A DNA stretch of 64,000 nucleotides from the human T2T-CHM13v2.0 reference genome, Homo sapiens, in the NCBI RefSeq assembly GCF_009914755.1, contig NC_060925.1; one strand, written 5' to 3'. Positions 57,093 through 64,000 of this stretch are shown here, piece after piece. The notes under the pieces were generated by a model. The model was not told where the DNA came from. It worked only from the letters and a program-made list of their open reading frames with translations, and ran no database searches. Within the stretch, counting starts at the first letter, position 1. Each line of letters begins with the position of its first letter. Both the position numbers and the translations under genes were made by a program.

Positions 57093-57269
57093 ACACTAAT
57101 GATATCACTGTTCAAATCCCAAGCACAATGTAATATTTATCTGGAGATTATCTAAGAAAGACTGTTGCCATTTAATAATTTGGAAGTTTTTGCCAATGTT
57201 CATATAATTGGTGGTGTAATGAGAATATCACTACTTGGTCCCTGGTATGTAGTACCTTGAAACCTACTC

Positions 57270-57360
57270 AAGACATTACTTTGGTGAGCTATGTGAAGTT
57301 GGGCAAGTGACCTCAACTTCCTGAGTCTTCAGTTTCATCTACAAAATGATACATTTCTCC
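57270..57360 (+). mobile_element. MIR core
   Basis: gagctatgtgaagttgggcaagtgacctcaacttcctgagtcttcagtttc. Confidence 0.65.
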
Positions 57361-58417
57361 ATGATTATCCTGAAATTATTTTTAGCAATAATTTCACATT
57401 TGCATAATTTTGCTTAAATATAAAAATGCCATTTTTAATAATATGCTAAACTTCAAAATCTAATAGATATTTCAGTTATGCATACTTATTATTATATGAG
57501 TAAAATAAGCATAATACAGCATTTGTAATATGGGTGGGATAGTCAGTAATTGCTATCCATTTTCCAGGAAATAATTGATTATTTCTAACTCAGATGATAA
57601 TAAAAGGCTTGCTGGAGAAATTTAGGAAGGAATAAGGAAAACCAAAAGACAGAAAAGAGGTGACAAATGGCATTGCCAAAGGCCTCTAACCTAGGAATCA
57701 CTCGGTCATCCTGACATATTAGATAGACACTTATATATTAGCATCTGTAAGAACTGTGTAGTCTCCCATTGAAAAGATTAATCTGAATTTAATAAAAGCA
57801 GTTGAGGAAAAATCTAAGGTCTATGTATTATGAGTGAAAATTACTCATATGGTGAAGCAAATAATAATTTTCAATAATTTAATAAAACTGAAAATGCTAT
57901 TTTTATCTTTCAATAAAGTATTACTGCATAGTGATGGGAAATAAAATAGAAATTATTTATACAAACCAATTAAAGAGAAAACATAGAACTTTTATAGCCA
58001 TATTTCCATTTGTCTTTCTCAAATATATCCTATATAACCAAATTCAAATAAACATTGATTGCTTATTATGACTTTCTCTCTAAGGTAGGTTCTAGAAAAC
58101 ATTTTCTGTACTAAAAAGCCTATAGTCAGCTGTATTATGTCACAAAAAAGTAAATAATGACAGCAATGCCTTTCCTGAGTAAGGGATTGTTTTTCCTCAT
58201 CACCTATAATGCTAGAGTCGAATGTATAAATTGCCGTACCTATTTTGCATCTGAAGTTTAGAAAAACTGTACCCTAGTCACAGAGCTGCTTGCTGAAAAA
58301 GTATAGGAATATATGGGAATAGGAAGAAAGCTCTTAGTTTTATTTACCTATACTTCTGCTTATGTAAATTTTGCCACCACACACCCTTCCCTCTCCCCAT
58401 ATGAGCTATGTTTATGA

Positions 58418-58681
<264 letters not shown>

Positions 58682-58751
58682 TAGAGTAGATTTGTTTGTT
58701 GCTTACAAAAACCATTGATGATACAGGTACATAAAATGTTGTTTATGTAAT

Positions 58752-59104
58752 TGTTATAAACTGTGTGTTTCTTGCCCCTCTCCAAAATATTCATGTGATG
58801 AAATTCAAACTCCCAATGGGATGGCCTTATGAGGAAGGGCATTGGAAGGTCATTAGATGAGGTCATGAGGGTAGATCTCCCATGAAGGGTTAGTGTTTTT
58901 ATAAGAAGAGAAAGAAACTAGAGCTCTCTCTACTTGAGGATACAGCCGGAGGCAGCTGTCTGTCAACCAAGACAAGGAGACCCAACAAAACCCCAACCAT
59001 GTTGGCACCCTGATCTCAGCCTCAAGAACTGTGGGATATAAACTTATGTTGTTTAAGACACAGTCTACAGTATTCGGATATAGCAGCACAAACTGACTAA
59101 GACA
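58752..59104 (+). mobile_element. MLT1A/B-type MaLR 5' LTR
   Basis: tgttata..ccaaaatattcatgtg..aggtcatgagggt..ggcaccctgatctc..tatagcagcacaaactgactaagaca. Confidence 0.85.
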
Positions 59105-59552
59105 AATATCCACACCTGGAAATGGGGTGCTGCTGTAAGAAATACCTAAAAATGTGGAAGAGGCTTTGGAACTAGGTAATGAGTAAAGACTAGAAGAGTT
59201 TTGAGGTGTATATTAGAAAAAACTGATATTTCTGTGAAGAGACTGCTAAAGGTGATTCTGGTGAGGGCTCAGAAAGAAAAGAGAAGAGATGGAGATAAAT
59301 CCTCCATCTTCCTAGAGAATACACAAGTAATCATGTGCACAATGTTGGTACAGATATGGATGGTAAAGGCCATTCTGAGGAGAGGTCAGATGTAAATGAA
59401 GAATATGATATTGAAAAATGGAGAAAAGAAGATTCTTGTCATAAAGTGGCAAAGAACTTACCTAATTTTTATTCCCATTCTGTAATTTTGTGGAAGGTAG
59501 AAATTGCAAGTATTGAAATTGGATATTTAGCTGGAGAGGTTTCCAAGCAAAG
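59105..59552 (+). mobile_element. MLT1 internal region, 5' part
   Basis: ggggtgctgctgtaagaaatacctaaaaatgtggaag..ttggaactaggtaatg..aaagtggcaaagaactt. Confidence 0.85.
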
Positions 59553-59575
59553 GTAAATAAAGTACCTTAATGATT

Positions 59576-59580
<5 letters not shown>

Positions 59581-59608
<28 letters not shown>
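59581..59608. repeat. (CA)14 microsatellite
   Basis: Direct count. Confidence 0.95.
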
Positions 59609-59613
<5 letters not shown>

Positions 59614-59742
59614 ATTTGGGTTTAACAAATTAGAAAATGTCACCAAAAAATGGTTCTCTCTCTTTCTCTAGCTACACGCACAAACACACACACACATTTG
59701 TATCTATATCTGTTAATTAGTTTATATTGAGGGATAAAGGTG

Positions 59743-59744
<2 letters not shown>

Positions 59745-59796
<52 letters not shown>
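59745..59796. repeat. (GT)20(ATGT)3 microsatellite
   Basis: Direct count. Confidence 0.95.
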
Positions 59797-59798
<2 letters not shown>

Positions 59799-61381
59799 CC
59801 GGGAGTAGGTAGGCAGAATTACAGACCACAGGGAGAGTTGACTTAAGGTGCCAGAGACCTGAATCCCTGGGGTGCATCCCTAGGCTAACTGCTACAGTTA
59901 GTGAGAGTTCTTGAGAGGGCAGTAACTGGCAGAACAAGTTATTGTGTCACAGTCACAAAATTAACCCTACAATCACCTGGCAACCATGCTACAGGGCCAA
60001 TAGTTCATCTGAGAAGGGAAATAAAATCAAGCCAAACACCACACACACACACCCACACACACATCAAGACCTGAACTTTCACTATAAGAGTGGCATTAGT
60101 ATCCTCTTATGTACTGAACCTGCCTTTGAGGACTTCTAGATAGTCTTCTATCTTTCTATCACTGTCCTCAGCAGTGCTAAATTTTCAGAGATCTTTTTTT
60201 ATAAATTCTAGTTCTGCTATTGTAGACACATCTCACATTCACACTTACCACTGGTCCCCACTGTCAGAGGCTGGTACCATATTTGTCTGTGCTTTTCAGT
60301 GCAATTATGACATTTCGTTGTTCTACTCTGCTTCCTGTAATCATGGCAGTGCTTTGATCAAGCTTGGATATAGTGACAGTCTACACAGTATTTAAGCTGT
60401 GTGGCCAGCTACCGCCAGTATTCCTTCTAATTCCAGTATCTTAAGTCTTCATTCTAAAAGGCCTCATGCATTTAACCTAAGTTTTCCTGTATTCTTTCTT
60501 TTGAGTTCTACATACCCATTCAAGCTTAGTGTTCTTACTCACTTTCAAAACTGTTCAATTAAAATAGGACTTTTGAGAAGCACATAGTAACTCAGAAAGC
60601 CAGTCCTCTGATTAAATAGAGGCTATTTGCCTTTTATGGATACGAAGGAAACCTGGACCTTAGATATAATAGCCTGGCTGTTTTCTCGGAAGGGGAAAAA
60701 ACAACTCATTTCTTCCTTTTAATAGTTGTGAAGTACTAAGTACAAACTAACTTTTCAGTAGATGTTGTATATTATGTTTTAAATAAATTTACTCTGTTCC
60801 ACTTTTATTACCTTTACATTCTTGCAGGAAGTCTGTAAAGTGATAAATTTGTTTTTGTATACAAAATTTCATATTAAGATTAATATAATAGTTTTTGTAT
60901 TACATGTTAAATAATTATATTTTAATTAGATTTTGGCTAGTCATACTTTTTTTCCTGCTTCTGTCCTATTTTGGTATGGTATATAATAATCTGATTATAT
61001 TTGTTTGAACAGGAGGGAACTGGTTTGCACTGAGCCCCAGAGAGCATTTCCCTGTGAACTCGTATGAGAAAGGGATAGAGTCACATAAGCAGAGTAGATT
61101 AAGAAGATTATAAAAATCAATTAGCACAGCAAATATTATATGATGATATGTTTGGACATGGTGAAGCTGAGATTATTAATTTAATTTAAACCTGTTTGTC
61201 CCAAGACTACATAAACTAGACTTCCTTGTATACAGAGATGGTAATACAAACTGTCAATACAGGCATTTTATATTCATTTTATATTCAGAATTAACTAGCA
61301 AATTAGGGAAAATACTTATATTTGAAACATACAATGTTTAAACACATAACACAATTCAGTAGAATAACCATTAATAACTTC

Positions 61382-61948
61382 TGTATTGGCTGCATGCTGG
61401 GAAAGACAGTCATGTGAGCTTGTTTATCCCTGCGTGGTCAAATAAGAGTTCCCTTGGCCTGGAACATTTTTTTACACGGAAATAAAGAGATCTCACAGCC
61501 TGTGCTGGGCATATTGTGTTGTTTGGGATTATCTTTCCTTCCTGTGGACTTGATAAGTACTTCTTTGTTTTGCTTAAAGCACGTGCATCATACAGAACCT
61601 GGCCAACCCAACTCCTATATCTACTTCTGGTGGGGAGAAAACAGTGTTCTTCAGCTATAGCACAGGGCAGATGTGCACAGACCGTCTCCCTGTATAGACT
61701 ATTGGGCAAGACCAACTGGCCATGGGAGACCTATGTTCACTGTTGGTGATCTTGTGCTTTATTTCTCTATGTGAGTAAAGCATTGTTTTATTTGGTACCT
61801 GTGTAAATTGTGTCTTTCTTGGTGACACTGATACCTGCAAACCATGCAGTGGGTTGACATCCTGAAACAGCTGCTCCTGGATGTGGGCATTGCTTCACTC
61901 TTTACTGTCTTCCATGCACTGGGACTCCTCCACTGGATTTGCTCAACA
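61382..61948 (+). mobile_element. ERVL solo LTR, MER76/MER70-like
   Basis: TG..CA ends; ataaagagatctcacagcctgtgctgggc, cctggccaaccc, gtgagtaaagcattg, ttgctcaaca. Confidence 0.7.
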
Positions 61949-62015
61949 ATGCATATTGTCATCTCATATAAATCATTACCAGAAATTATTTTTAAATGTT
62001 GCAAATAAGTAAAAC

Positions 62016-63079
62016 ATTGCATTAAAATAGACTACATTGAGTTGAACACCTTTTCCTTTACCTGTTGGTGATGTTTATATCTTCACTAGAGAAATGTCTG
62101 TTTAGGTTTTTTGCTCATTTTTAAAAATTGAGTTATGTGTTTTTCTACTATTGAGTTGTATGGTTTGTTTCAGGTATATGCAAATGTTTTTCTCAGTTTA
62201 TAGTCTGCCATTTCATTTTGTTGATTTCTTTGCTGTGCATAAGTTTTTTAGTTTGATGTAGTCCCTTTTTAAAATTTTATTTCTGTAGACTGAGCATTTG
62301 TAGTGATAACATATATATATAAAAATCACTTCCCAAGAGCTTTTCTTCTATGTTTTCTTCTAGAAGTTTTATAGTTTCTAGTCTTACATTTCGGTCTTTC
62401 ATCCATTTTGAGTTTTCCTGTGTGTGTGTGTGTATGGAATAAGATATGTGTCCAGTTTTATTCTTTTCCATGTGAAAATATGATTTTCTCAACATGATTT
62501 ATTGAAGAGACTACTCTTTCCTCATTGTGCCGTCTTGGCAGTCTTGTCAAAAATTAGTTGACTGTGTGTTTGGAGTTATCACTGGGCTCTCTATTGTGTT
62601 CTACTGGATTATTTGTCTGTTTTAAGCCAGCATCATACTGTTTTAATTACTGTAGGCTTTTAATATAATTTTAAATCAGGAGGTATAGTGACTCCAATAT
62701 TTTTTTCCCAAAGAATTGTTTCTAGGGGGTCTTTTATGTTTCCATATGAATTTTAGGACCATTTTGCTACTTTTATGAAGAATGTCATTGGGATTCCTCC
62801 TAGCAGTAGGAAGCAGTTGTGTTGAATCTGTATATTTATTTGGGTAGACTGGACATGTTAACAACGTTAATTCTTCCAATCCATGAGGACAGGATATCTT
62901 CCTATTTGTTTGTGTCTTCTTCAACTTATTTCACAAATGTTTTATAATTTTAATGTACACAACTTCCATTTCCCTGGTTCAATATATTCCCAATTATTTT
63001 TATGCTATCCTAAATGAGATAGTTTTCTTGATTTATTTTTTAGTTCAGTTGTTATTATTATATAAAATGCTACCAATTT
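62016..63079 (-). mobile_element. inverted 5' segment of an L1MA element
   Basis: Reverse ORF2 text: cctgttgg..gagaaatgtctg, tttattgaagagact, ttcttccaatccatgag. Confidence 0.85.
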
Positions 63080-63960
63080 CAAAATCGCTATGAGGTACCA
63101 CCTCACACCTGTTAGGATAGCTATTACCAAAAAGTCAAAAGATAACAAATTTTGCTGAGAGGGTGGAGAAAATAAAACTCTTGTATTCTGTTGGTGGGAA
63201 TGTAGATTAGTATAGCCATTATGAAAAACACTATGGAAATTTCTAAAGAAATTAAAAATAGACCTACCATATGGCCCAGCAATCCTTCTTCTGGGCATAT
63301 ATTCAAGGGAAAAGAAATCACCACCTCATAAAGATATCTGCATTCTCATATTCATTGCAGCATTACTTGCAGTAGCCAAAATATGAAAACAACCTAAGTG
63401 TACATCAATAGGCAAATGGATAAAGAGTTGTATACATACATATACACATATATAACACACACATATATAATGGCGTATTATTTGGTTGTAAAAAAGAATG
63501 AAATATTGCCATACGCCACCACATGAATAAACCTGAAGGACATTATGCTAAGTGAAGTAAGGCACACACAGAAAGAAAAAATTGCATGATTCCACTTATA
63601 TGTGGAAACTAAAAAAAAAAAAAAATCACATATACAGAGATAGAAAATAAAACAGTGATTATCAGGGCCATGGGGTAGAGCTGGGGAACAAATGGGGAGA
63701 TGTGGGTATGAGAATACAAAGTAGCAGATACATAGGAGAGAAAAGTTTAGAAATCTAATGTACAATATAAGGATTATAGGTAATAAAACTGTACTTTATT
63801 TGGGATTCATGCTAAATTAGTATATTTTAGCTGCACTTGCCATAAAAATAAAAAAATTGAGCAAATATGTGAGATGATGAATATGTTAATTTACTTCACT
63901 TTAGTAACTTTTTAACAATCTGTATGTATCTCATAATATCATGTTATATACATAAATAAA
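63080..63960 (+). mobile_element. L1MA6/7-type 3' segment
   Basis: atgaggtaccacctcacacctgttagg..gtagcagata..tctaatgtacaa..tatgtgagatgatgaatatgttaatt..tcataatatcatg. Confidence 0.88.
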
Positions 63961-64000
63961 TATGCTTATTTATCATATGACCTTAAAGAGTATAACTTTT

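Overview
Primate (human-like) AT-rich, CpG-depleted non-coding DNA, either intergenic or deep intronic; the locus itself cannot be identified from sequence alone. I find no host protein-coding exon, RNA gene or CpG island. The recognisable content is transposable elements: 11 Alus (J, S and Y types), many L1 fragments (a young L1PA3/4-type 3' end, a 4.8-kb L1PA15/16-type element, old L1MA-ME pieces), LTR elements (MER52 nested in MLT1A, LTR53-like, MST, THE1, LTR12, MLT1A/C, MER76/70-like), MER3, MIR, L2 and microsatellites. The only ORF resembling a known protein over its length is a dead L1 ORF2p C-terminal fragment (17421-18185). I see no support for a new gene system. The most interesting signals are structural: (1) an apparent ancient two-LTR provirus at ~16.4-21.05 kb hidden by three later insertions; (2) a local inverted templated insertion inside the L1PA15/16 element; (3) a complex direct plus inverted duplication at 34.1-36.7 kb; (4) a twin-priming 5' inversion in an old L1MA; (5) an LTR12 solo LTR retaining promoter motifs. 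Subfamily names come from my recall of consensus sequences and need RepeatMasker/Dfam confirmation.
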